Positions 40,465-51,058 of a DNA stretch of 64,000 bases are shown here, in pieces. The notes beneath the pieces are model-generated. The model did not search any database, was not told where the DNA came from, and saw nothing but the letters and a program-made list of their open reading frames with translations. The stretch is from the IMG/VR virus record IMGVR_UViG_3300031665_000001; one strand, written 5' to 3'. A program made the position numbers and the translations under genes. Each line of letters begins with the position of its first letter. Within the stretch, counting starts at the first letter, position 1. The DNA is from an uncultured virus (IMG/VR IMGVR_UViG_3300031665_000001) (taxonomy: Duplodnaviria > Heunggongvirae > Uroviricota > Caudoviricetes).

Positions 40465-40548
40465 TTAAAATCTCAAGTAATCACGTGTCAAAGCGTGATT
40501 GCTTGTTTCAATAAAAAAATAAAAAATAAAAAAGGAGAATGGAAAATA

Positions 40549-40884
40549 ATGAGATTAATAGAACAATTGAAAAACGGTATGATAGTAGAAATATCATCAT
40601 TTGAGCATTTGGGAACATGTTTAAAAAAAATTGATAAAAAAATTTTTGAATACTTTGAAATAAAGATGTTTGAAGATTATTACAAGTGTGAAAATCCTAT
40701 TGATGCGAAAATGGCATTGATAGACCATTTGAACTACTACAACACTAGAGACAAATGGACAAATAGTAATATGTTTTCTCATGAATCATGGGAAATTGGT
40801 ATTGCTTATTTTACTTATATTTGCAATGAATATTCATGGCGATATACACAATTTGATAATAAATTATATATTGAAATGAGATAA
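40549..40884 (+). CDS. early hypothetical protein (start revised to ATG 40549)
   Basis: RBS AAGGAG; the longer start lies inside a repeat hairpin. Confidence 0.7.
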   Translation: MRLIEQLKNGMIVEISSFEHLGTCLKKIDKKIFEYFEIKMFEDYYKCENPIDAKMALIDHLNYYNTRDKWTNSNMFSHESWEIGIAYFTYICNEYSWRYTQFDNKLYIEMR

Positions 40885-40901
40885 TGGAGGACTAAAAAAA
40901 T

Positions 40902-41099
40902 ATGGATAACATGTTGTTTTTCAAATCAATAATAACTTTTATAATCTATTTATTAATTTATAGATTTTTAAAAGATTTAAAAAGTAATATAAATAATAAA
41001 ATTTTATTAGTTATATTTGATATTATTAACATTTATGCGATATTAAATATCATAGGTATACCAATACTATTAGTAATAATTATATTGAAAGGAGGATAA
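40902..41099 (+). CDS. small two-TM membrane protein
   Basis: RBS GGAGG; two hydrophobic segments. Confidence 0.65.
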   Translation: MDNMLFFKSIITFIIYLLIYRFLKDLKSNINNKILLVIFDIINIYAILNIIGIPILLVIIILKGG

Positions 41100-41102
41100 A
41101 TC

Positions 41103-41318
41103 ATGTTTTTCAATAGTTATAAAGACATATTAGTATATTTTGAGAATAATTATCCTAATATAAGATTTAAATTATCTGGATATATCTTATCATTAAGAAA
41201 TAATGATAATGATTTAATAGTAAACTATGATTTAAGGTTTACTAATTTCATCCTATTAGATAATGATATAAACCATCTACATGCTAAGTGTACAATGGAT
41301 TTAAATTATAATTTTTAA
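41103..41318 (+). CDS. hypothetical protein
   Basis: RBS AAAGGAGG. Confidence 0.7.
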   Translation: MFFNSYKDILVYFENNYPNIRFKLSGYILSLRNNDNDLIVNYDLRFTNFILLDNDINHLHAKCTMDLNYNF

Positions 41319-41332
41319 GAAGGTGTTTTATA

Positions 41333-41668
41333 ATGAGATTAAAATTATTGGAAAAAATTCTAACAATAATAGAATTTGATAAAACTCATATACAAATGGT
41401 TTTAAATGGTTCTATTATTAATTTTGAGTCAAAATCTTTATTAGCTTTGATGTATGAATCAAGGCTAAAATTAAACACAGAACTCAAAGAAATATATAAA
41501 CACTATAGAATACTACAATTAATAAATAAGTTGTTAAATCAACTTGATTTTAGCTTTAAAATCGATTTAACAAAAGCATATGATTTAAAGCAACTAAAGA
41601 AACTGGAATTTAAATTAATTTCTTTAAGTGATCTAGATTTTGACAAACAATTTAATTTATTAGCTTAG
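41333..41668 (+). CDS. hypothetical protein
   Basis: RBS GAAGGTG. Confidence 0.65.
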   Translation: MRLKLLEKILTIIEFDKTHIQMVLNGSIINFESKSLLALMYESRLKLNTELKEIYKHYRILQLINKLLNQLDFSFKIDLTKAYDLKQLKKLEFKLISLSDLDFDKQFNLLA

Positions 41669-41812
41669 TAGGTGTTAAAGCCTACTAGGTTATTTCAATC
41701 ATATATAAGATATTCACTATATCTTATATATGATTAATTATAAAAAAAGAAAAAGGAGGAAAAAATTATCAAAAAGTTATTAAATATAAATATTACAATA
41801 GGAGGAAAAACT

Positions 41813-42148
41813 ATGGTTATTAATGCAAACGAAATAAATCTTATCGAAGTTAACGCTTGCACAAAAGAACATCTAGAAGATATAAAAAAAAGTATCTCTC
41901 AAAAAGGATTTGTAGGAACGCCTGTATTTTATGACAAAAATAGAAATAGGCTTTTGACAGGGAGTCACAGATATAAAGCATGTCAAGAACTAAACACAGA
42001 TATAGAACTAATAGACATTGGCGATATAGTCGAAAGATATTTACAATCAAATGAGCTTGAATTTGATGAAATAAACTTTGAAGATATAAATGATTTAGAT
42101 GAATATGAAATAGAGAGATACTTTAGCCAGTTTAATGATGAACAATGA
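41813..42148 (+). CDS. ParB/Srx-like N-terminal domain protein
   Basis: IKKSISQKGFVGTPV...LLTGSHRYKAC (GxHR motif); acidic tail. Confidence 0.75.
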   Translation: MVINANEINLIEVNACTKEHLEDIKKSISQKGFVGTPVFYDKNRNRLLTGSHRYKACQELNTDIELIDIGDIVERYLQSNELEFDEINFEDINDLDEYEIERYFSQFNDEQ

Positions 42149-42260
42149 AATAAATAAGGAAGAAATCGACGATATAGGCAAAGGTATTCTTGTAGACTAT
42201 GGAAACATGTAATCATTTAAAAAAGATAGTATCACAAGTAAATAAGGAGGATAAAAGAAA

Positions 42261-42758
42261 ATGTTATTAAACAAAATATCTAAAAATACTTTAGTGCAAT
42301 GTGCATTAGAATTAAACAAGTTTATAAAAGGAAAAGATGATTTAGAGATTAAATCAATGACATCAAGAGAACTGAAAACTTTATTATACGATTGGTTATC
42401 ATATGAATATGATAGCCAAAAGATGAAAGAATATATAATACATGATATTTATAATTATATATATCTTTTGGAAGAACAGGAGATGCAATTCTCCTGGACA
42501 GAAATGGTGGATAATTTAGATTATGATGCACCGTTCGAAAAAAAGAAACCTTTAGTACATTCTGAATTAATATATATTAGAGATTTCAGACTTTATGAAA
42601 AATATTTAACTGATAAATCAGAAGCTCAATATCAGATTATAAATCCTATGGATTATAATATGGATAAATTGGATTCATTTTATACTAAATTCATGGATTT
42701 AGTACATAAAGAAAGCATATTTAGTAAAATTAAATCAGTAAAAGAAAAAATGCAATGA
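42261..42758 (+). CDS. hypothetical protein
   Basis: RBS AAGGAGG. Confidence 0.7.
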   Translation: MLLNKISKNTLVQCALELNKFIKGKDDLEIKSMTSRELKTLLYDWLSYEYDSQKMKEYIIHDIYNYIYLLEEQEMQFSWTEMVDNLDYDAPFEKKKPLVHSELIYIRDFRLYEKYLTDKSEAQYQIINPMDYNMDKLDSFYTKFMDLVHKESIFSKIKSVKEKMQ

Positions 42759-42860
42759 AAATCATAGTAATATTAGTAACAATATTTACATTACCTATCA
42801 TAGCGTTATTAGTAATATTTAAAAAAATATGTCAATGTTTCCAATTTTTTTTAAATGTTT

Positions 42861-42889
42861 AAGACCGTCAATTTGACGGTCTTTTTTTT
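42861..42889 (+). terminator. terminator closing the early array
   Basis: AAGACCGTCAA-T-TTGACGGTCTT plus T run at the convergence point. Confidence 0.8.
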
Positions 42890-43020
42890 GTGTCCATTAA
42901 AAACGTATTTCTTTGATATTTTATAATCTTTTTATCTATTTTCAAATTCTGAACCCTTAAATAAATCTTTAAACTTCTTATAATAATCTGTTTTTTCTTT
43001 TTTTTCTTCACACTTTATTT

Positions 43021-43248
43021 TTAACAATTGTTTTTTTTTATTTCACCTACTTTTTTTGTTCTACATTCAGGACATCTCCACTTTTGTTTTCGAATTCCTT
43101 TCAATTTTTTATAGTCCCATGAATTATCTTTTGCAAAATGCATAATTTGTCCTATTACATTAAATTCTTTTATTTCTTGTTTATAATTATCGCTTAATTT
43201 GTTTTCGCAAAAATCACATTGTAAGTCATATTTTTTTATAATTCCCAT
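43021..43248 (-). CDS. zinc-finger protein
   Basis: CDFC...CPEC. Confidence 0.65.
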   Translation of the reverse strand: MGIIKKYDLQCDFCENKLSDNYKQEIKEFNVIGQIMHFAKDNSWDYKKLKGIRKQKWRCPECRTKKVGEIKKNNC

Positions 43249-43304
43249 TATTTATTATCCTCTCATTTTTTTGATTTTTGTTTCTATTATACCAATGATA
43301 CATT

Positions 43305-43697
43305 TCAATAATATTCCTTTTCTAATTTAATTCCCCAGTTATAATTAGAGTCTAATAATCTGTTGTTTATTTTATTTACATGACGGTTGTAAATTTCGTA
43401 ATCATTCTTGTATTTATGATTTTTATCGTAATACAAACTGAGACAATGAGCTAAATTGATTCCAGCATTTATTAAGTCAAATAGCTCTTTTCTAAATCCT
43501 ATTGTATACTTAGGTTCAGCCATTAATTCATAAAATTCTTCCCTTAATTTGATTATTTGTTCATTTATTTCTTCAAAATGAACTTCTTTCCTATCATCAA
43601 AAAGATTTATGAATTCATATTTGCTTACACTACCTATATATTTCAATCTTCCATCAGGATATTTTTTAACTTCTGCTTCATGTTTTTTTATTTTCAT
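43305..43697 (-). CDS. MazG-like NTP pyrophosphohydrolase
   Basis: KLREEFYEL...KELFDL matches ExxE...ExxD. Confidence 0.55.
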   Translation of the reverse strand: MKIKKHEAEVKKYPDGRLKYIGSVSKYEFINLFDDRKEVHFEEINEQIIKLREEFYELMAEPKYTIGFRKELFDLINAGINLAHCLSLYYDKNHKYKNDYEIYNRHVNKINNRLLDSNYNWGIKLEKEYY

Positions 43698-43784
43698 TAT
43701 CCTAACTCCCTTACATTTTCTTATATTGTAGCATGATTGTTATAATAATAAAAGACTCTTTAAGAGTCTTTTATTATTATTTTT

Positions 43785-44126
43785 TTATACCTTCTCCTTA
43801 TTTAAAATAGTTATAGTGGAATTATTTTTTACCACTACTCTAAAATTACCTTGGTCAAAAATACCATCACCCATTATCCTATAACGTTCTTTCAAATCTT
43901 GTTTAATTATTTGATTTTTTATTTCTTCGATATCAAATCCTAATACTCTCTTAAAGTAATTGACAATACTATGATCTGTTATTATCAGACCTCTTTTATT
44001 TTTTTCTCTTTTGTATTCTTCTGTTTGTTTGACCAGATGTTTTTTTCTTTCCATAAGTCTGTTTAATTCTGTGCAGACATCATTTAATTCGTCCATATTC
44101 TTTGATATTGCTTCATCATAGTTCAT
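43785..44126 (-). CDS. hypothetical protein, possible RelE-like fold
   Basis: ITDHSIVNYFKRV and terminal VVVKNN..ITIL. Confidence 0.55.
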   Translation of the reverse strand: MNYDEAISKNMDELNDVCTELNRLMERKKHLVKQTEEYKREKNKRGLIITDHSIVNYFKRVLGFDIEEIKNQIIKQDLKERYRIMGDGIFDQGNFRVVVKNNSTITILNKEKV

Positions 44127-44139
44127 TTTTTATCCTCCT

Positions 44140-44427
44140 TTACATATATGGTTTAGTTTTTGTTATTTCATTTTTAATAAAATCTTCGATTGTTATTTCT
44201 TCTCCAGTATCTTTTAATTCATAGGTCCTTATGGTATATCCTGTGAATCTTTTTATAAGTTCTTCAATTCCATCGTGCAGGCAATATTTTGCCTGTTGAG
44301 TAAGACTTCCTTTTATATGTGCTTTAGAAATATAAATATTTTTACCGTTTCCAATAGCTTTCCTGTTACCTTTTTCATCAAAGACTATATAGACCTTTTT
44401 ATTCTTATATTTTTCTATGTCATTCAT
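44140..44427 (-). CDS. hypothetical protein
   Basis: start overlaps the polymerase stop codon. Confidence 0.7.
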   Translation of the reverse strand: MNDIEKYKNKKVYIVFDEKGNRKAIGNGKNIYISKAHIKGSLTQQAKYCLHDGIEELIKRFTGYTIRTYELKDTGEEITIEDFIKNEITKTKPYM

Positions 44428-47336
44428 TATTTTACCCCTTCCTCATTGTAAATTTTTATTTCCTGTAGATTACAAGTGAATTCGCCATCTAATGTAATTA
44501 CAGGTATATAATCAGCATTTACTATATTTACTTCATTATATTTGCCCAAATCAATGAAGAATCCATTTTTTAATACATACATTGTATAACCTGATTTGTG
44601 AGTTACTTTGAATGTATTAAATTCATCAAGTATCTTGATATCCTTTTTGTTGTTTGTGGATAAACAAGTAAATTCTTCATCATTTTTCAAGCTGAATCCT
44701 TTGACTTCTGTACTATTTAGTATCTTAGTCATGGTGTAATTACTAAGTTCTTTTACAGGTTTCAAATCATCAACCATGATTTGTTTGACATCTGCATTTA
44801 ATCCATTTATACATATAAATCCTTTAGCTATTTTGTTTAACATTTTCCTTATATCCTTCTTTTTCTTTAAATTGTTTTCATCAACATCATCTTCTAATTT
44901 ATAAGGATAATATTTGATATCATCAGTTTCCTTTAATGTAAAGTTTATTATCTTATCTCTGGTGATTTGGGCAAACTTTAAATATTCTTGTGGGTCTGCA
45001 TCATCCTTGTTTGTTGTGAAATACATGTATTCCCCTCCCCATGTTAATACAATAGGTTTTGCTATCCACTTAATAGCTATTTTACCTTTATTCTCTGTAG
45101 TAAGGTAATATACTTTGTTTTTACTGGTTTCTTCACCTTCTAATGTAATAGTAGATTTTACAGCAGTATTATGGAATAAAATAGGCAACACTTCTGGTTT
45201 TTCATGATTAATAAGTTTTAAAGCATTACTTATGTTACATGTTAATTTTTCGAATCTATGGAACGCTTGTTTTATACCTGTTCTATAAGCGTTGCCTTTA
45301 GTTTTCGTCTCACCTTTTGTTATTTTTATATAATTGTTTACATCATTCTGGATAATCTTATCAATCTTGTTTATACCTAAAATTACTATGTTATCTTGTT
45401 TATCCTGGATTGCTATTTCACTACAAATAAATTTATCTATATTATCTATTATTATTCCATCTGTATTTATGTTAACTAATTTACTTTTTGGACTATTTTT
45501 TTTAATTAGTTTACATAATTCAATTGCCCTATATTGGCCATAGAGACATATAAAACGGCCTAATTGTTTGTGGGATATACTAAAGTTGAATTCTGAATTT
45601 ATTAACCCATATAAGTAATTTAAGAGCAATTTACAACCATCTGATAAGTATTCCAATCTATTCTTTAATTCTTCTAATTCTTGTAATTCACCTTGATATT
45701 CCATTATATCTGCTCCATCATTACCTCCTTCATCTATTTTAGTATAGATAGCATTTATTTTTTCATCTATTTCTTTTAGTTGTACTTTAACTTCAAAGTT
45801 CCTAAAATTATAGAGTGCCTTGTATAATGGTATTTTTATTATTTTTCCATAATATTTCTCAAATAATATTATAATACTTGGGTATAAACTTCTGTAATCT
45901 AGATGCCATAAGTTTTCATTTATGTATTTCTCTATAGCACCGTGAATCCCGCCTAACCCCGTTGTAACCTCAGTTCCAAACAGATTAAAAGTATCAAATG
46001 AATCAACTATTACCTGTATTTGTCCTTCATGTTCTTGTTGCTTATCATCATTAATATACTCTTTTTCGTATGATTCACAATATAATTCTTTTAATTTCTT
46101 GTCTTTTTTTATAAATCCATGATTATTTACAAATTCTACAAAATCATCGAATTTCTTATAACCTGTGGGTTTTATGTAATCTGTCATATTAATTGATTTT
46201 TGTAAATAATCTGTAGCTTTTTTGAAATCTATACCAAACTTATTTTTAGGTTTTTTAAAGTGTTCATATTTTTCTATAATTTCATTAAATGACTTAATGA
46301 AAGCACCATCACCATGAGGTATTAATTCACCACTTAAAAATTCAGTTTCATATGTACCATTTGATTTTTCAGTTAATTCATTTAATTCATCTAACATTTC
46401 ACCATACGTGAATTCATCTAATTCCATTTCAGATTCTTGTTTTAATGAATCATTTGAATCATTTGAAACATAACCAGGTAATGAAAAGGCATTAATTAAT
46501 AAGTTTGTATTATTTTCACTATGAATCATTCGTTCGTTAGGTTCGAATGATTCATCGAACATCTTAATTGCTTCACATGCCTTTACCCTATTTTCAATGA
46601 TAGGAAGGCAGTGTTTTTGAAAATACCTGAATAGAAAGTCACTATCATTCAGAGCATATTTTTTGAAATCTTCATATTTACCACTTTCAACAAGTTCATT
46701 ATAATCAAATGAATGTTCAAAATCATGAGTAATATTAGTTTGTTCTTCAAAAAGTTGAATATTTTTCAAAGATATTGATGGTCTTATTACGCCATCATTT
46801 CTTATTGTATAGTAATACAGCATTTTAGGAACATCTATAATATTAAGGTTTTTAAAAACCTTAGATTGTCCTAACAGGTAAGGAAATTCTTCTAAAAAAG
46901 ATGTAATATATTTATCATTTTTATTTAAACTTATTCTTTCTATTGATTCTTTAAATAACTCAGTTTTATTATCAAATTGAGTTTCTAGTCTATAATAATA
47001 ATTACACCAGAATTCTCTATTGATTCTAAAATAATTTAATTGTCCCATTATCAAGTAATCATTAACTCTCCTTAATTTTGTCGGAATATCGGTAATTCCT
47101 TTTTCAACGAATTTACAAAGAGCATTAAGCATGGTTTTGTCGTAGTTAATTGAGTAGCAATACATCGATCTGTTAGCTTTTTTGAGATTGTTATAGAATC
47201 TATAGCAATCTTTATCACTTTTGCACTCTATCATTTTTGATTCTTCCATATTCTCATTTCTCCATTGATAGGAGAAATAAGAGCCTTTAAGACATTCTGT
47301 ATCAAACACTTGATACTTTAAGTTTTCTGTTAACAT
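44427..47336 (-). CDS. family B-type phage DNA polymerase
   Basis: ExoI VFDTEC, ExoII NYDKTML, ExoIII YALND; motif A DYRSLYPS, motif B KLLLNYLYG, motif C NINTDG. Confidence 0.9.
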   Translation of the reverse strand: MLTENLKYQVFDTECLKGSYFSYQWRNENMEESKMIECKSDKDCYRFYNNLKKANRSMYCYSINYDKTMLNALCKFVEKGITDIPTKLRRVNDYLIMGQLNYFRINREFWCNYYYRLETQFDNKTELFKESIERISLNKNDKYITSFLEEFPYLLGQSKVFKNLNIIDVPKMLYYYTIRNDGVIRPSISLKNIQLFEEQTNITHDFEHSFDYNELVESGKYEDFKKYALNDSDFLFRYFQKHCLPIIENRVKACEAIKMFDESFEPNERMIHSENNTNLLINAFSLPGYVSNDSNDSLKQESEMELDEFTYGEMLDELNELTEKSNGTYETEFLSGELIPHGDGAFIKSFNEIIEKYEHFKKPKNKFGIDFKKATDYLQKSINMTDYIKPTGYKKFDDFVEFVNNHGFIKKDKKLKELYCESYEKEYINDDKQQEHEGQIQVIVDSFDTFNLFGTEVTTGLGGIHGAIEKYINENLWHLDYRSLYPSIIILFEKYYGKIIKIPLYKALYNFRNFEVKVQLKEIDEKINAIYTKIDEGGNDGADIMEYQGELQELEELKNRLEYLSDGCKLLLNYLYGLINSEFNFSISHKQLGRFICLYGQYRAIELCKLIKKNSPKSKLVNINTDGIIIDNIDKFICSEIAIQDKQDNIVILGINKIDKIIQNDVNNYIKITKGETKTKGNAYRTGIKQAFHRFEKLTCNISNALKLINHEKPEVLPILFHNTAVKSTITLEGEETSKNKVYYLTTENKGKIAIKWIAKPIVLTWGGEYMYFTTNKDDADPQEYLKFAQITRDKIINFTLKETDDIKYYPYKLEDDVDENNLKKKKDIRKMLNKIAKGFICINGLNADVKQIMVDDLKPVKELSNYTMTKILNSTEVKGFSLKNDEEFTCLSTNNKKDIKILDEFNTFKVTHKSGYTMYVLKNGFFIDLGKYNEVNIVNADYIPVITLDGEFTCNLQEIKIYNEEGVK

Positions 47337-47373
47337 CTAATATCAACTCCTTTATTTTTTTTTTTTCATATTT

Positions 47374-47790
47374 TTAGATTTTGATAAATTCTCTAACTTT
47401 CTTTATATTTTCTATATCCATCTTAATGAGTTCTTTATCTATGTCTAAAATAAGATTATGGCCTTTTTGCCAATTTTTAATTATCTCTATTGTTTCATTA
47501 CAATATTCGTATAACCCGGGTATTGATGACCTGTAAATTATATTTGATATACTGATTAAATCTCCATGATGATTTTTTTCTTGACATAAGTCTACACGTA
47601 TTTGTATTTTAGGATATCCACGATAAATAGATATGAATAAACAAGCACTTCTAATGTTATCTGTAGTAGTTTTAAATGGTTCCATTAATCGTATTAATCC
47701 ATCAACATCATAACAATATTTTTTTTCATCCATTTCTAAAAAACCTCCATTTTTATTTAAAATGAATACATGGATAACTAAGTTATCCAT
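47374..47790 (-). CDS. hypothetical protein (likely start MDEKK)
   Basis: internal GGAGG RBS. Confidence 0.65.
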   Translation of the reverse strand: MDNLVIHVFILNKNGGFLEMDEKKYCYDVDGLIRLMEPFKTTTDNIRSACLFISIYRGYPKIQIRVDLCQEKNHHGDLISISNIIYRSSIPGLYEYCNETIEIIKNWQKGHNLILDIDKELIKMDIENIKKVREFIKI

Positions 47791-47817
47791 GTATTACATT
47801 TTATATTATTATACTTT

Positions 47818-48543
47818 TTAGTTAAATGGTGAATCGTCATCATCACCCAATGGTATTCCATGTAATAAATCGTCACTTGTTGTCTCAGAACCAACAGCTT
47901 TTTGTAAAACTTCTTCTTTTTCATTTTCTCCAAACTCTACAGCATCAAAAGCATCTTCTGCACTAATATCAAATTCAAATGCAGGGTTTTGGTCAAATAC
48001 TTGTATTTTAGTTACAAAGCATGTAACACCTTTATTTGTTCCCCTGTCATAATTTTTGAACTGCAATACTGCATTGCAATATTTTCCATCTAATTCAGCA
48101 TCTTCTTCTGGTTCATATGGTTTAACATATTTATCATAGAATTTGATATTAAATTTAGAATGAACTTTTAAAAAATGTGTATTTAAAAGTCTATCTCCAT
48201 TCTTTTCTTTACTTTCTAATTCTTCTGCTTTTTTGTCTCCATTTTTAAAACAGCTAATTCCAGATTTTGGAATTTTGTGTTCTTTCCATAACTTAATTAT
48301 AATATTTTTAATTTCTTCTATACTAGGATTTTTACTACCATCAGGCAATGTATTATTAATAAGTATTTCTGCCCTATGTTCTAAACTGTCATTGTTCTTT
48401 AATTCTTGTTTATATTTTTCTTTAGGTACTCTTACAAAAGTACCTGTCTTTGATTTGTATTGACCATCCAATAAACAAGAAAATTGTAATGTGTTTAAAT
48501 TAACACCTTTTAACACATAATTAATTTTTGTATCTTTACTCAT
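47818..48543 (-). CDS. single-stranded DNA-binding protein (DUF2815/gp2.5-like)
   Basis: FKNGD, GKYCNAVL, NKGVTCFVTKIQ; acidic tail DDDDSPFN; between helicase and polymerase. Confidence 0.8.
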   Translation of the reverse strand: MSKDTKINYVLKGVNLNTLQFSCLLDGQYKSKTGTFVRVPKEKYKQELKNNDSLEHRAEILINNTLPDGSKNPSIEEIKNIIIKLWKEHKIPKSGISCFKNGDKKAEELESKEKNGDRLLNTHFLKVHSKFNIKFYDKYVKPYEPEEDAELDGKYCNAVLQFKNYDRGTNKGVTCFVTKIQVFDQNPAFEFDISAEDAFDAVEFGENEKEEVLQKAVGSETTSDDLLHGIPLGDDDDSPFN

Positions 48544-48598
48544 TTTTCATTCTCCTTTATATTTTTAGTATTTTTTTGTGTTCTCTTATGAACAATTA

Positions 48599-48655
48599 TT
48601 ATTATATAATAGTTATTACAGAATGTCAACACTTTTTTTGAAAAAATGTAAAAAA
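48599..48655 (-). promoter_or_regulatory. sigmaA promoter of the SSB-polymerase operon
   Basis: TTTTACATTTTTTCAAAAAAAGTGTTGACATTCTGTAATAACTATTATATAAT, near-identical to the 34551 promoter. Confidence 0.75.
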
Positions 48656-48671
48656 TTTAATTCAATAAGTA

Positions 48672-50330
48672 TTATGTTAATTCTTTTCTAAAATCTTCCA
48701 TGATTCTTCTGATTACTTTCGAATCTGAATCACCTAGAGCAGCTTTAGCACTCTGTTTTTCACTCATTATCTTATTGTGTTTATATTGATGTATTGTTTT
48801 TTCTACTATTATAAAGTAATAAAATTTTGTCCTGGTACTAGTCATCCTGTGAATTCTGTTTTCAAATTGTAGATTGACTCCATAATTCCATTCAATATCA
48901 GCATAGATAATGTAATCACAGCAATCAAGATTTGCTCCTTCGGCCAGACATTTAATAGTAGTCACTAAAATTCCAGTATTATCTTCTTTGAATTTTTCTA
49001 CTATTTCATACCTATTTCTTACCTGTGAATTTATAAGGTATACATTTCTTCCAGGATATTTATTTTCTAATGATTTTTGAAGATTTTTTGACATTTCTAT
49101 ATATGTACATGCTACCATTATCCGTTGTTCTCCGATATCATCACATAAATTTATAGTTGCATTTTTTACACAAGATACATCATGTCCACCTAAAATTACA
49201 GGATTTTGAGCAATCTGACATATCCTAATAAACTTTTCTACATCTGATTCAATTATGTCTCCTGATGGATTTAAATAGTCTTCTAGTGCATCATTATAAT
49301 ATTTAGTTTGCTTGTCATTCATATAAACTGGAACATTCATATAAATTTTATCAGGTAATTCACTGGCAACATCTTCTTTTAACTTCCTGATCATATATCT
49401 ATTTATTAATTGTTGGAATTCTTTAGGTCTTATAACATGACCTATTACTAATACATTTCTAAAACCCTCATGTACATCGCAATAATACTTAACAAAAGTC
49501 CAATAGCTTGTAAACCTTTCCCTATCTAATATCTTTAATAAACTATAAATTTCACCAGGATTTTTAGTTAGTGGTGTACCTGTGAGCATAAGTCTATTTG
49601 TGGTATTGATTGCATATGCACCCTTAGATATTTGACTATCTCTAGTTTTTAATCTATGTGCTTCATCCCAAATTACCAGGTCAAACTTAGTCTTCTGAAT
49701 ATACTCATGTACATTAATTTCTATTACCTTACCATTTTTCTTAGTTTTTACTCTTATCTGTTCATAGTTAATGATTAAGATAATTTTCTTTTGTTCCTGA
49801 TGTTTTTTGAATTGTTGTTCCCTTTGTTCTGGTGTTCCATCGATAATTGTATAAGTAAGTTTGGGACACCATTTTTCAATTTCTTCACCCCATGAATATT
49901 TAAGGTAACTTGGGCATACTATCATTGTCTTGTATGCTTTTATTGCTTTAATACAATTGATACCTATTAGTGTTTTTCCCAAACCCATGTCGTAACCTAT
50001 GATACAATTCCTAACGTTTAAAAAATAGTTTACTGCTTCTAACTGATATTCTTTTAATTCTTTATTTAAATTATCTAAAATGGTTCTTTTTTGATTTAAA
50101 GCTAATTTATTTTTTTCAATTTCCTTCTGATACCAGGTTTTTACTTCTTCTGTAGCTTCTGGCTTTTCTGATGTTTGTTTGAGAAGATTACAAAGGGCTT
50201 GTATATCTAGATTCATACTGGCATAACCCTTAAGATAATTAGGAGTCCAGCCAATTAATTGGTGAGACTCAATTTCATTTAAATTATCAGATTCTATATA
50301 TAATCTTTTTCTTTTGATTGATATATTCAT
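48672..50330 (-). CDS. SNF2-family helicase
   Basis: DMGLGKT, DEAH, LTGTP, EGANL, QFENRIHR. Confidence 0.92.
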   Translation of the reverse strand: MNISIKRKRLYIESDNLNEIESHQLIGWTPNYLKGYASMNLDIQALCNLLKQTSEKPEATEEVKTWYQKEIEKNKLALNQKRTILDNLNKELKEYQLEAVNYFLNVRNCIIGYDMGLGKTLIGINCIKAIKAYKTMIVCPSYLKYSWGEEIEKWCPKLTYTIIDGTPEQREQQFKKHQEQKKIILIINYEQIRVKTKKNGKVIEINVHEYIQKTKFDLVIWDEAHRLKTRDSQISKGAYAINTTNRLMLTGTPLTKNPGEIYSLLKILDRERFTSYWTFVKYYCDVHEGFRNVLVIGHVIRPKEFQQLINRYMIRKLKEDVASELPDKIYMNVPVYMNDKQTKYYNDALEDYLNPSGDIIESDVEKFIRICQIAQNPVILGGHDVSCVKNATINLCDDIGEQRIMVACTYIEMSKNLQKSLENKYPGRNVYLINSQVRNRYEIVEKFKEDNTGILVTTIKCLAEGANLDCCDYIIYADIEWNYGVNLQFENRIHRMTSTRTKFYYFIIVEKTIHQYKHNKIMSEKQSAKAALGDSDSKVIRRIMEDFRKELT

Positions 50331-50575
50331 TATCTATTTACTCCTTTCTCTCTTATTTTTTTTATTAAAGATGACATAAGTATAAAAGGATATATGAAGG
50401 ATACTATTAATATTGGTATCATGAGAATAATTATATTATCTCCATAATCTTGTACAAATTTTGAAAAAAAATCTCTATATCCTTCATGTTCTTTTTTTAA
50501 TTTTTTAGTTGCTTTAGGTATTAAAATATATCCTAGTATTAAACCTATTATCCAGTAAAATATAAAAAATTTCAT
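50330..50575 (-). CDS. small membrane protein
   Basis: two hydrophobic segments. Confidence 0.6.
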   Translation of the reverse strand: MKFFIFYWIIGLILGYILIPKATKKLKKEHEGYRDFFSKFVQDYGDNIIILMIPILIVSFIYPFILMSSLIKKIREKGVNR

Positions 50576-50700
50576 TTTCTTTTATTCCTCTTTCTTTTGG
50601 GTTTACCAAATAATTTTTTTTAACGCCATGATTCTCTAGAATGACGAGGGAATCAATATAGCTGCTAGTAAATACATTATCGATTGGTCTATTGTTTTTA

Positions 50701-51006
50701 TCATTTTTTATATCCCTCTTTAAATTGAATTATTCTATGTTTTACAATATCAAACATGTAATCTATTATATATTCTTTATTGTCTTCAAATATGTTATAT
50801 ATATTATCAATATCATCTACTACTATCATCATATTATCTTTATCTAATTTATTTATTGATTCTATAGATACATTTCTGTTATAACCTTCATATAATCCTA
50901 ATTTACATATCAGATTACATAATTTTTGTGATATTTCACATATTTCATATTCATTTAAATGAAATACTGTATTTATATCGAGTATAGTTAAATTTTTTTC
51001 TTTCAT
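50701..51006 (-). CDS. hypothetical protein
   Basis: RBS GGAG. Confidence 0.65.
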   Translation of the reverse strand: MKEKNLTILDINTVFHLNEYEICEISQKLCNLICKLGLYEGYNRNVSIESINKLDKDNMMIVVDDIDNIYNIFEDNKEYIIDYMFDIVKHRIIQFKEGYKK

Positions 51007-51058
51007 ATTTCAATCTCCAATCTATTTAAGACATAATTTGTATTAGATATTACAGTAA

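Larger units (their letters stand above)
35014..40503 (+). repeat. dispersed intergenic hairpin elements: RTYAAA-loop terminator-like hairpins (8-9 copies) and AGTCC-N-GGACT hairpins (6 copies)
   Basis: see findings for coordinates of each copy. Confidence 0.85.

Noticed and set aside
35461..40503. Integron attC sites or CRISPR repeats
   Set aside because: No RYYYAAC/GTTRRRY cores, no tyrosine recombinase in the window, and whole genes lie between the repeats
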